Shown: positions 1 through 11,213, counted from the first letter of the stretch. The stretch is DNA of 64,000 bases from Balanoglossus misakiensis (GCA_040954595.2 CM082595.2:5606137-5670136); one strand, 5' to 3'. The notes: generated by a model not told the origin, from the sequence alone. Made by a program: numbers and translations.

Positions 1-357
1 ACAAAAGCACATACTCTGTTCTGAATTCCACTGCGTCAGTGGCAACATAGACCCGAGGTCTAAGGTGGCAATCTCTTCTCAGCGAACATCTGTCGAAATG
101 TTCATTTTTTGCATATTGTTAATGGTCGAGTGGCCAATGACAGGCTCGGAAATGTCACATGCCAAATGGGAGCAGTTTTATTATTATTGCATTGTACATT
201 CTCTGTTGTCAGATTTATTCTGTTTTGTGAAAACTCTGTTGATGTTCGTGCAAGGGTCGAGTCTGGTCACTAGTCACTCAGTTGTCTGTTGCATTCCTCT
301 AAAGGGTACACTGTACAAAACTAGTCTGGCGATAATAATTCCAGTCTGTAAACGCAC

Positions 358-745
358 CTGTCCATCTGTTAACGGAATTCCAACAGGAGACGTACGCTTC
401 CAAACAAAGTGGTCTGTCTTCAAATTAAACGAGGCATTGCAAAAAGCAGGTGTTGATGAGCGACGGCCATAACTCACCATTGTTTGACGCGTTATGTCAA
501 AAATGAAAACTCCCCAGGCAGAAGGGCCCATCTGACACATTGAACAATAGTTACTGTAGAGAACGTCGGTGGGGAATTTTACATTCTTGTGGTCGAAAGG
601 AAAAACCCAGGCAACGGTGTCAGCATAAAGTCTTGGTATGAACACTTCAGTTCTTTGATTAAGGGTGCTACTACCATATGGTGGTGTAGATTTATTATGA
701 TCGGTAGAAGATGTCATTAAGATCGGCTCTCCCTGAGAAATGACT
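358..745 (-). CDS. Probable additional 3' coding exons of the Roco gene (478-745 and 358-417)
   Basis: Phase-2 donor AG|GTAATC at 980 matches phase-2 acceptor ttcttcag|A at 745. Donor ATG|GTGAGT at 478, acceptor ttgaag|ACA at 417, donor CAG|GTGCGT at 358. All lie in the frame of ORF 274..837. Confidence 0.55.
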
Positions 746-975
746 CTGAAGAAATTGCAACGTAAAAGACTTCCCAAAGTATGGCCATTGACAAGTGTGC
801 TAACACTATGACGAATGTAAAAGTTTGCCACTTGCAAGTCATGACAACCACCTTCCCTTTAATTAAGTGGACAAAGTTACCCATACAGTTCCTTTAAAAT
901 TCTTATTTCAGGAACATTCACGTTACATACAGTAGTTCCCCTGCCAAGTTCTATAGCCTTGAACTTGAAGTGAGA

Positions 976-3900
976 TTACCTTCTGGGTATGTGTATGAGT
1001 TTTGCGCACTGCTCACACACCCACACGACGCCCTCGCCATGCGCAATTGGAACCAGCCCTCCAAACCGCCGCTCCTCGTCTGCCTTGCCGAGGAATCTGG
1101 CGAGCTCCCGACGCGACAGGAGACTGTCGTCATGCTTGGCGAACTCGGACAGCGATTCCTTGGCGGGCTTGTCCGCCTCCCTCGCCAAGTCCGGAAAGCT
1201 GTCGCCGAAATCCTCCAGGAAGGAGGTCAAAAGGTTCCCAGCGAACGACGAGACGCCAGTGACAGCGAACGCTCCCGCCGCCACTGGGGTAGGCCCGGCC
1301 ACAGCTTCGACCCCTTTGAACTGGCCGATGAATTTCAGCACCCTGCACACGTATGAACCGTATTTCTTGACAAATTGGTTCAGTCTGTTTATTCTGTAAC
1401 CAGGCGTACCGAGGAAGTGGTAGTTGCCTGGACTTTCACAGAGCAAGTGGACAGCAAAGCCGTCCCTTATGCGCGAGAACACCTTGAAACTGAACCTCTC
1501 CATTCCAGAATAACTTCCTTCATTGACCGGTAACACGAGGAACAGTTTGGGGCATTCCCTGTTATCAAGGGTTCTATGTATTGTATCAACAAGGGCTTGC
1601 ACTTTCAAGGATTCGTCGTGACCAGAGGACAGATAGTCATGCCACTTATCAAAGCGATGGCTCTGATACAAGGAGCAGTGAAGGTCCTTTTCGAGTCTGC
1701 CTGGGTTGGTCTCGCCTTTCTCGATGCACTTGGGGCAAGGAATGTACGTGGACATCGAAAGTCCTCGAAATTCTGCTTTCTGCCAAACGTCATTTATCAG
1801 ATGGGCCAACTGCTCCAGGGCACAGCAGGGCTGTTCTCCCCTAACAGTGACCAGAAGGCTGTTACTGTGGTACAGCAGTTCAAACCGGATGTGATGCAGC
1901 GTGTCGGGACCCTCTCGCGAGATCTCGCGGCATTTCCCACAGTGCTTCACGGCTTGCTCCGAAAGGTACACTATCTGATTAGCATAATATATGGGGCGAC
2001 CCTTCACCACCGCCAGTAGATCCCTGTTGACCTTTACGACGAGGTCACAAAATAACAATGGCGGCAGGAAACTGAACTGGTACATCTGACTCGCCTGCTT
2101 CTCGCCCTGCCTTGGTGAAGACGGCCAGTCGTGGAAGCTTGGCTGCCCTATTGGCAACTTGCAGGGAAAGAGCAAACTGCCAATGGAAGCGCGATAATCG
2201 GACCACCTGAAGCAAATTCCCATGTCGACCAGAAGCCTTACCAGGTAATCATGATGTTCCTGGTTAACATTGACCCATGCTTTTCTCAGGTTTTCCACCG
2301 TTAACACCCCGTTTTCATCAATGAAATTGGTCTTGAAGGATATCAAAGTTCGCAAAAGCGACGCCAGCCACTCTGGGTTCAGTATCACCAGCCCTCCCTC
2401 GTCGAATCCAACAGTACCTTCCCTTAAAATAATATTTCCCTGGCTGCACAGAAAGGCAGTGACATTTCTCAATGAATCTGCAGAGAAATTTTCACGGAAA
2501 CTACCACGAGCAAGGCTCTCATATTCTGAGTATCGCACCACAGGATTCAAGACTTGCATTTGCTTCACTTCTGTTAGCTTCTCCCGGAATTTACACCAGG
2601 AGGCGGGAACTCGGGGAAGGAGATCGGAAATCACCAGTTCTGCCTGCCGCGCGAGGGCGCACTGTAGTTGTTTGATGCTGCCGTTTCGTAGCTGCTCGGG
2701 GAAGTTTTTCACGCTGCTGACCTCATAGTACCCGATGATGTGTGGCAGTTTCAAGTCCCGTGTCTGCAGGAAAGGTGTGGTGGACGTGTCATTGTGTGCT
2801 GGCCACGCGCGATTGTCGAACTCTGCATATCCGGCCAAGCCAGTTTTGAAATCGCTGACACGTCTCACGGATCCGTGGGCCTGGCATAAAAAGCAGTTGT
2901 CCAGTAGGTAATAGTCGTGGTGATCCCTTTGGTGTTGTTTTGACGCCGCTTGAAATATGTCAGCAAACCTCTGCCAGATATACTCAAGGACGGTCTTATT
3001 CAACATGGTGATGTCCGCATGCGTACCAACGATAATGACCCTGGCGTTCGGAGCGAACACGTGTATTGTCTGTAGCCATAGCAACACCCTCCCATATTGA
3101 TTGAGCGAATTCGCACTGGTTGATTTCTGTCCGATGGCACACTTGCTTAGGTCAAAGGTCACTATGATTAAGGAATCGTCGGTGACGAAGAGGGTGTGGG
3201 TTTCAAGAAAATCCACATCCCCGGCAAAGTCAAACGTGAGTAACTTGATGTGGGAATCCTTCAGTGCAATGGTGGCCATCTCTATCCCGTCGGTCTTTTC
3301 GGCATTCGTTGGTTGGTCACACAGCGCCCTCACGAGGGTTGTCTTGCCGGAGCCTTCGTGGCCGGCGAGGATCAACTTGACATTGTCGTTGGCCACTGAC
3401 CGAGAAACGAGGAAGTCTCTTAAGTATGAAAGGACGGCGTCTTTCCCTCTTTCCTGTAGTTCAACTGGTATGACCACAGCAGGATTGTTGTGAATAGCAA
3501 ACGATGCGTAATCCGATTTCGTGACCAGCGATAGCGGGATGTGGTGGATGTTGTTGTCATGGGCACTGAACGCCTTGAGGCCGGGTATACTCCCCATGTC
3601 CTCCGCGAGATCGGTCAGGCCGTTGTTGTTCAAAAACAGTTCCCGCACCGACCGGAAACCGAACTGAATTCGTTTCGACGTTTTAGTAGAAAAGTTGTGA
3701 TTTCCCCCCTTGTGGATACGTGAACGATTGTTGTCTTTAGACAGCAGTTTGCAATGGCTGATACTGAAGACTTTGAGATAGCCAGGGATTTCAACTTTGT
3801 ACGGTACAATGATATCGACAGCCGCAAGACAGACTACCCTCACAGAATCTAGCAGCAACCAAGACATAGCTATATACTGACTGAAAGAGGTAACATTGAA

Positions 3901-4191
3901 CATCACAAGACAATGCGAGATTCCCAACCGACCCTTCAAAGAGTTAACCACGCCCACGTCAATATTGCCCAATATCACAGTTCTCAAATGTCTATTTTCG
4001 AGGAGCTTGACCACAGCACCAAGGGTCTCTTCGTCCGTGCCAAACACCATGATTGACATTTCGCTGCCCATGCCAAATTCAGCGTCAACTTTGCAGTTTA
4101 TTGCATCATCCAGAATGTCGTAAATTTGCACATTACCGTCCTTCCGGTGACAGAAGATCTTCGCTTTTAGTTGGAGCTTAGACAGAGTTTC
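976..4191 (-). CDS. Large exon of the Roco gene encoding LRR-ROC-COR and C-terminal domain
   Basis: Part of ORF 976..4278, with acceptor catgcag|GAA at 4191. LRRs [11 protein letters not shown] / [11 protein letters not shown] / HNNP; P-loop GHEGSGKTT; switch I TDGIEM; G3 FDFAG; G4 THAD; G5 EVSS; COR motifs [13 protein letters not shown] and LLFPCKLP. Confidence 0.93.
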   Translation of the reverse strand, partial: ETLSKLQLKAKIFCHRKDGNVQIYDILDDAINCKVDAEFGMGSEMSIMVFGTDEETLGAVVKLLENRHLRTVILGNIDVGVVNSLKGRLGISHCLVMFNVTSFSQYIAMSWLLLDSVRVVCLAAVDIIVPYKVEIPGYLKVFSISHCKLLSKDNNRSRIHKGGNHNFSTKTSKRIQFGFRSVRELFLNNNGLTDLAEDMGSIPGLKAFSAHDNNIHHIPLSLVTKSDYASFAIHNNPAVVIPVELQERGKDAVLSYLRDFLVSRSVANDNVKLILAGHEGSGKTTLVRALCDQPTNAEKTDGIEMATIALKDSHIKLLTFDFAGDVDFLETHTLFVTDDSLIIVTFDLSKCAIGQKSTSANSLNQYGRVLLWLQTIHVFAPNARVIIVGTHADITMLNKTVLEYIWQRFADIFQAASKQHQRDHHDYYLLDNCFLCQAHGSVRRVSDFKTGLAGYAEFDNRAWPAHNDTSTTPFLQTRDLKLPHIIGYYEVSSVKNFPEQLRNGSIKQLQCALARQAELVISDLLPRVPASWCKFREKLTEVKQMQVLNPVVRYSEYESLARGSFRENFSADSLRNVTAFLCSQGNIILREGTVGFDEGGLVILNPEWLASLLRTLISFKTNFIDENGVLTVENLRKAWVNVNQEHHDYLVRLLVDMGICFRWSDYRASIGSLLFPCKLPIGQPSFHDWPSSPRQGEKQASQMYQFSFLPPLLFCDLVVKVNRDLLAVVKGRPIYYANQIVYLSEQAVKHCGKCREISREGPDTLHHIRFELLYHSNSLLVTVRGEQPCCALEQLAHLINDVWQKAEFRGLSMSTYIPCPKCIEKGETNPGRLEKDLHCSLYQSHRFDKWHDYLSSGHDESLKVQALVDTIHRTLDNRECPKLFLVLPVNEGSYSGMERFSFKVFSRIRDGFAVHLLCESPGNYHFLGTPGYRINRLNQFVKKYGSYVCRVLKFIGQFKGVEAVAGPTPVAAGAFAVTGVSSFAGNLLTSFLEDFGDSFPDLAREADKPAKESLSEFAKHDDSLLSRRELARFLGKADEERRFGGLVPIAHGEGVVWVCEQCAKLIHIPRR

Positions 4192-6676
4192 CTGCATGTC
4201 AAAACAAAGAGATAAAAATGCATATTCTAAAAAAGAAATTTTGATGCATGTATTTGTATTCGTAGAAGTGCATGACACCAGTATTTCTCAATGCCAGAAT
4301 TTAGAATACATTTCTCATACAGGAATTCCGCGATGATAATGCAAAACGAACTGTGGGTGATATCAGAGAAGGCATAAACGTAAGCATAATCAATAGATCT
4401 GATATAAAATTCTCGAAAAGTATGTCTCATTTTCAGAATGGTTTGTGTGAACTTTGGCTGAAGTTATAACTTGTAGTGCAACGGAATATACTGACGTCAT
4501 AACACAAATTATTGCGCATGTCTTAAAGTGAACACTCCATACCGCATCACTAACCTTAGTCTCTGTATTGATGTAACTGCCAGCCTCGAAGAAGTAGAAC
4601 AAAGTCTTGAGCATATTGAGGGACATCTGGGTGTCTTGTCTGTCATGTTCTTGTGTGTAGTCCTGCAATGAAGATGACGAGTAATGTAGCTTGTTGTTCA
4701 ACAATCATTGTTGTTTTGACGGGAAAGATAGTCTTAGATGTGAAAATATAATATACTTCCTTTATTTGTTTTCATATATTATTTTATTAATCACAAGTAT
4801 GTTTTTAATATTTAAAATGACCTTGTACCTACATTGTATCGTCTTGCTATCTGACATATTGGAAGAACTCCGTACTGAAAAAAATACAACCAAATATTCT
4901 TAAATAAATCATGATACTGGTAACCAGAAAATCTGAACGGACGGTATACAGACACAATCCAAAATGGCTGACCTGACTGAAACTCAAGTTTATTCTGTCA
5001 GGCTAGGGAGTTCACTTGCGCGGACACGTATGCGCAAGGGAAATCGGCACACTCAACCTTAAAGGTATATGGTCACCTATGCGAATTATCCATAGTTACC
5101 CTGGACAGATGAGAGCTAACCATTCACGGATTTTCAGTGGATGATCAAGAAAAAATAGAGCATCCGGCCGAAAATGCAGCCACGCCCTTTGACCATATAT
5201 GGGTATATATGAATTAGGGATGGCACGCAAACTAAAAACTGAAATAAGCTTTTATTTTGAGTACTAGCATTTGGGGTTTGGTATTCATGAACTTTAAATA
5301 ATGTTGAAATAATTTTTGAAACTGACATAATGATGAAATAATTTTATATCATACGTCATTTGGCAGATGCCTGTCAGCGCCTGCTTCTAGAAGAACGTTG
5401 ACGACATCAGCGTGGCCGAACTCAGCTGCCTGAATTAATGGTGATTCACCATGCTATGGGAAAAAAGAAATACAGTAAAAGTACGCAAGAAGGTAAGATT
5501 TAAGACATAAATTTCTAAATTAAAGAAAGCAAATACCAATTGATTTATCCATCTAAAACATGAATATTAATGGGAACTAAAAACATTTGTCGTACTCACT
5601 GCATTAAGCACGTTTTTGTCGGCACCAATTTGCAGGAGGATTTTCATAACGTTGAGGTGACCTTTAGCTGCGGCGTCATGTATGGCGCGATGGCCGTCCT
5701 GTAAAATATGTCAAAATAATGCTTGTGATACGATACGGGTATTCCAAAACAGTTCATGGAAACAACAATATAAAATGCATTAAATTTAACACGCAGTGTA
5801 TATGATGGACAGTAGGGACTATATCATAGGACTGTCTGTACCATTTTAGGGCAAGATGATATATGAATTTTACACAACTCACGTAATTAACGCTTTCTTT
5901 GTTGGCGCCTGCTTCGATGAGAGCTTGCACAACATTTGCGTGGCCTTCATAGCTTGCTTTATGCAAAGGTCTATCGCCATACTGTAGGAAGTGGAAACAA
6001 CAATCTTTCAGAAACTTAAGCCCTCCAAGCTTTTTGTACATTCAAAGTGGGAGTCATAGAATGGATGGATGGATGGATGGATGGATGGATGGATGGATGG
6101 ATGGATGGATGGATGAATGAATGAATGAATGAATGAATGAATGAATGAATGAACGAACGAACGAATGCATTGGCGGAAGGATGGATTGATCGATGGATGG
6201 ATGGATGGATGGATGGATGAATGAATGAATGAATGAATGAACGAACGAACGAACGAACGAACGAACGAATGCATTGGCGGAAGGATGGATGGATGGATGG
6301 ATGGATGGATGCACGAATTAAAATGCCTACCAGCATATCAATTGAGTTGACCTCAGCTTGGTTTTGCAGCAAGATTTTGACGACATCCAGTGATCCATTC
6401 TTAGCTGCCCAGTGCAGTGCTGTGTGCCCCAACTAAAACAAAAGAACAACAACAAGCCTCGAATGAGATGTTCAGAATTTTATGTTAAAACCTCCAAAAC
6501 ATTATGTGCGAATCTCTTTAACTGAGAAAGCCTACCACAGCGAGGAAAACGTCTCACTTACTTTGGCATTCTTGAACTCAATGTCACAGTCTTCACGCAG
6601 ATATTGTTGCACCTTGTTGCAATCTCCGCGTCCAGCTGCCAGGTGAAGCTTATACTGAAAAATTTAAATATTGAAA

Positions 6677-6724
<48 letters not shown>

Positions 6725-7680
6725 AGCATACATGTAATTTATTCCCTATCTGTTGGAACTGAGTACCTCAATACTCAAAGATCTTGCGCACTGCAGTTAC
6801 TGTACGAGATTGATGGACGTTTTCAACTCTCCACTCCTCCAAGTAAAGTTGACTAAATTTTATCACACATTATATTAGTATGACAAATTGCACCATATAC
6901 AGGAAACGCTTTGGACAGAGAAGGAAATTTTACAGATCTGAAAAATTACCTTATGCGTGTCTCTTTCGGCAGCTCCCGAATTCAACAAGATGTCCACAAT
7001 CTCAAAGTGACAGCTTTCTGCTGCTATCTCTACGGCAGTAAAGTTTTCCTAGAATTTCGAACAAATATCTTTAAATACCAAATTCCGTTATATAAAAGGA
7101 ATTGTGAGGACACTCATTTTTTTGGGGGGGGAGGGGGTCATCAAATACCCAATATCCCTGAATTTCATTGTTTAACTGGCCTCTGGTCAGAATATAAGCC
7201 AAAGTGTTCCAAAAGGACAGATTTCTTTCAAAATGGGCCATGTAACCCTTGCGTTCACTTTTATTTCGCAATTTTGAATAATTTAATAATGTCAAAATTA
7301 CCATATTCAGAGTTTCCAATTCAGCACCATTAGCGATCAATAGCTTCACCATGTCTATGTAATTCTTCATGGCCGCTGTGTGTAAGGCTGTTTCGCGTTT
7401 CTGCAGAAAGAATTACGGAAAACGTCAAACAATGTTTGCAGTAGCAGGTATACTGTATAGCTTCAAACTCCATTGATTATTACCATGTATATCTGTAAGT
7501 CGTGACTTTCATACCTTTGTCAATGCATTCACCAAAGCACCGTTGTCTAATAGTAAAGTCGTTATTTCTGAGTTGTTTTTCCTCACGGCATAATGCAGTG
7601 GCGTCATTTCGGACTGAAATATACAGGAAAAAAATATTGATCCAAACGTTTACTAGAGTGGGTAGCAATAGTTGTTGCGA

Positions 7681-7764
<84 letters not shown>

Positions 7765-8753
7765 AAAAAAGAAAAAAAAGAAAAAAAGGAAAGACAGAAC
7801 GAAAGAAATAAATAAACAAAGAAAGAAAGAAACAAAGAAAGAAGGAAGGAAGGAAGGAAAAAAAGAAAGAAAGAAAGAAAGAAAGGAGGGAGAAAGAAAG
7901 AAGGAAAGAAACAAAGAAAGAAAGACTTACCTCATCCCCAACATTCGGATCAGCACCGCATTCAAGAAGCACCTTGGCCATCCGATAGTTATTTCTTTCC
8001 ACAGCAAGATGAAGTGGGGTGTTGTGATTCTGATTTTTGGATCAATACATAACATGAAAATGCAGAATATGATAGTCTACTTATATGATGTGTGTAAGAG
8101 ATGATATGATATGGTAATTATGATATGAATGTGATATGATTTATGCACGACAACATATTGTACTTGATCAACCACTACACTCCTATTAGGAGTAAATATT
8201 ATGGGCTTGTAACAACTGCCTTCCGTACTTCATTTACTCACTTACTTCATTTTTCTCATTGACGTCAGCCTTATTGTCCAGCAGATATTTCACCATTTCC
8301 ACATTGCTGTTTCTCACTGCCACGTGTAATGTCTGCTCGCCTTCCTTGATTCGAAACCAAAGATGTATATTCCATCAAAACGAATACAAACAACTAGACA
8401 AAGACTTGTTTGAATTTACCCATTCATCATCACTGCATTAATGAAATTGTGATCGTCAGACGTTTCATTCAGAAGAGATTAATACCTAACTATATTATGT
8501 ATATTCAAATTTCAAGTGTTTGAACAAATGGTGAAATTTGTATTCATTACCTTGCTCACAGCTGCATGTAAAAGAGGGTTTCGTAATATTTAATATAAAT
8601 GTATAATCATGTTTTCATATTCTTTGATATTCATCTTGTTTCGTTGGACCACATATCTTGAAAGTATGTAAACTTAAAATGAATGTGTTCGGCGATTAGG
8701 AATTTACATACCTCATCGAAGGAGCCGTCCGGGTCGGTGGAGTGTGTTTCCAT
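976..8753 (-). CDS. Multi-exon kinase-less Roco-family GTPase (ANK x10-11, LRR, ROC, COR, C-terminal domain); about 1464 aa if it ends at the TAA at 976-978
   Basis: Phase-0 GT-AG coding exons: 8712-8753 ([14 protein letters not shown], in-frame stop upstream), 8246-8344, 7931-8029, 7515-7613, 7302-7400, 6950-7048, 6562-6654, 6331-6432, 5883-5981, 5600-5698, 5355-5453, 4833-4874, 4555-4662, 976/980-4191. ANK motifs include TPLHLAV, TALHWAA and RPLHKAS. ROC motifs lie in the large exon. Confidence 0.85.
5063..5218. mobile_element. Truncated copy of Kolobok-like TTAA MITE
   Basis: TTAA followed by AGGTATATGGTCACCTATGC, with internal similarity to the copies at 43987 and 60089. The right TIR is not recognisable. 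Confidence 0.55.
5355..8344 (-). CDS. Ten ankyrin-repeat exons (one repeat per exon) of the Roco gene
   Basis: Eight 99-nt exons, one 93-nt and one 102-nt exon, all phase 0 with AG/GT borders. Each translates to an ANK consensus, e.g. [33 protein letters not shown] and [33 protein letters not shown]. Confidence 0.9.
6060..6312. repeat. Compound tetranucleotide microsatellite (TGGA)n(TGAA)n(CGAA)n with internal block duplication
   Basis: Directly visible; the unique spacer gcattggcggaagg occurs twice. Confidence 0.95.
6677..6724. repeat. (ATTG)n microsatellite
   Basis: Directly visible in a Roco intron. Confidence 0.95.
7679..7925. repeat. (GAAA)n microsatellite / polypurine tract
   Basis: Directly visible in a Roco intron. 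Confidence 0.95.
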
Positions 8754-10514
8754 GGCAACGATCTGCTCTGAATAATTTTAAGTGCTACTCGGGTATGGTC
8801 CTGAAAATGAATTGAACAGACAGAAACCAAGCGAGGCTCAGACATAAGAACTTAACGTTGGTAATCGTAAATAGAGATGTGTTTTGTAAATTTCGCCACG
8901 TTGCAACGAAACTGCGTCTGGTTATGGTATCGCCCGAAATAGCGGTCTCTGTTCTTGTTTGATGAGGAATATGTTTGGCTATAACTGTATAGAACTGCGC
9001 GGTTCGGGGTTTTCCCCGCTTTATGGTTCATCGATGAATAAGCAGGTGTCTTTGTAGTACGAACAAAGCGGCCATTCTTTACATTGTGTTCCTTCGCCGA
9101 GCGTGGAAATCCCCGGTCACTAAAGGTACGATGAACGTGTACAGAATCTCAAACTCTCCTACTAATAGACTATACAGTTTAAAAAAATATTTGGAGGTGG
9201 TGTTAGGTGTAAGTAGGGTACCACTGTTTAATAGACAAACCCGTCACCCCGGACCACTTTCCAACGCTTACACCTGCTCGTGGGAATTCCCCTAACCGTC
9301 ATACGTGAACAAATAGGGGTGACGTTCCGCTAAACTTATCACCCACGCGACCGTAGGCCTACGTGCATGCGAAAACGCAACGTAAACTATCAATTCATTA
9401 TGTTGTATTAAATCCAAATAAAATACTGGACATTTTGGGGAAGAGGTTGTTGTAAGTCTCAAACGTGGTTGATTGAATTTCTCGCGCGGATAGGCTGAGA
9501 GACATTTGGCATATCCAATTTATCACAAAAGTATATGAAACGAAAGTGAAACGTGATACGCAACTACCAGTTTTGTCGGTTTCGATATTTCAGCACAGTT
9601 ACCGACGTCAGCGTTTTTATTTTCCAATGTCTCATGGTACGAACATTTTAATACAAGTAACAGCTTGTGGGTTACGTTTCGAACGCTTGTACATGTACGT
9701 ATAACTAGGTCACCTGTTAAATCACTGCCTGATTTGTCGTGCGTTTGTTATGTGTTTGTAAACTCTCCCTATTTATATACTGTGGTTCACATGGGTATTA
9801 TAGCCAAGGTCAAGGGCTATGTTATGTAAACGAAAGGTACTTATGTCTGCAGTAGTTGTTTTTGAACTCTCTTTTTTATACTCAAGATCTGTCCGTTGGT
9901 ATGCAGGCTTTCTTGAAGTCGACGGTTACAAACGAAAAGTACTGTCAAAGCATACCCACCTTGTGTCCTGATATATAGCGACGTCTGACACTTCCTCGCT
10001 TGTAAGCAATTTATCAATATATCTTGGTTATTTTTCTGACAACTTGTTTGACCACGAGGATCGTCGTTTGACATAGACATGATTAATTGACTGATCCATT
10101 GGTGCGTACAACTCCTAACAGAGCCACTGCGTCATTACCCCCAGCGTTGCTCAGAACTTTCCATTTCAGACAGTTAGAACGATTTATATCACATCAGAAA
10201 TGAGGGAAAGCACTCGCGCTCAGAAGCATAGGGCGAACTTGAATCCAGGTGGAATTTTATCACATGGGGGCTACCAATCGCTATCTTACATGAGTTGAAT
10301 ACTTTTGCAACAGATCCGTTCTTTTTACAGTGGTCATCAGTTCTACTTTGGCCAACCATGGAGCTACCAGTACCTCCATGGGCCAACCAAACGCGCGTAT
10401 GTATATCGTAGACCTGGAGTGGTTTGAACTTTTGACCATCACGTCACAGTATTACCTTTTTTTTACATTTGCAGGACAAAAGGTTCTCGTCGTTGGCAGA
10501 ATTGGCTAATGATA

Positions 10515-10528
10515 CCACCAGAGGGCGC
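10515..10528 (+). promoter_or_regulatory. CTCF core motif
   Basis: CCACCAGAGGGCGC fits the CTCF core consensus and lies between the Roco 5' end and the TMEM222 3' end. Motif match only. Confidence 0.45.
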
Positions 10529-11213
10529 TTAACTAAAACTAAAAACGCTTCATGGCAAAGTATAACCAGTTTTTGTGCAAGTGGGTTCAATTAAAATTGC
10601 TGTAGGTTTATGAATCGATGTAATCTATTACACGAACCATTCATACACCAACATGCCATTTAACTTTGTTTATTCAAATATCAACCAGTAAATAAAATTG
10701 ATTTAACACAGTATTAATATTCATAACCCTATACAAGAATATATTTTACTCTAAGCTTTCCTTACATGTATTTGCTGAAAGAAATTTTACATTTATTGCT
10801 GGATCTAAGAACTTTCCCCTTGGCAATATTTTAGTTTCGGAAATCAAGTATTCAGGTTAATTTCTAGCATTTGTATTCACTTGCAAAAAAACCCACACTA
10901 CTGGGTGTTATACACTCAGTAACAAATCAAAGTAACTATAAGGTTTTGTCATTCTTGTGGTTAAAACTAGATTTCTTTTGGTGCATTTTACCACTTCATG
11001 GCTAGAGTAAAAACCGCCCTTGTAAGTAAATGTGGGAGGGTGATTTTCGGCATTGCAGTATTTACATTTTGAATTCACCCTAATATGATATGCGGACCAC
11101 CCCTATTTCTGTCTGTGGTGCCTGCCTGAAATTTTTGTGTTTATACCAAAGCAACCAGGTGATGAGGTTGAACCACTTTGCATTGTGTAAAAACTTGTAC
11201 TTAGTTGTTGATC

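Noticed and set aside
970-3723. Multiple plus-strand ORFs overlapping the Roco exon
   Set aside because: Antisense shadows of a GC-richer coding exon.
4192-4278. N-terminus MSCTSTN... of the 1100-aa ORF as the true start
   Set aside because: It lies in an AT-rich intron. A phase-0 acceptor at 4191 links the exon to upstream ANK exons.
976-8753. Naming the Roco gene LRRK1, LRRK2, MFHAS1 or DAPK1
   Set aside because: The domain order matches none exactly and no kinase is visible; orthology needs a phylogeny.
9841-10386. Two short minus-strand ORFs upstream of the Roco gene
   Set aside because: They are separated by several stops and show no recognisable motif; they may be UTR or intergenic sequence.
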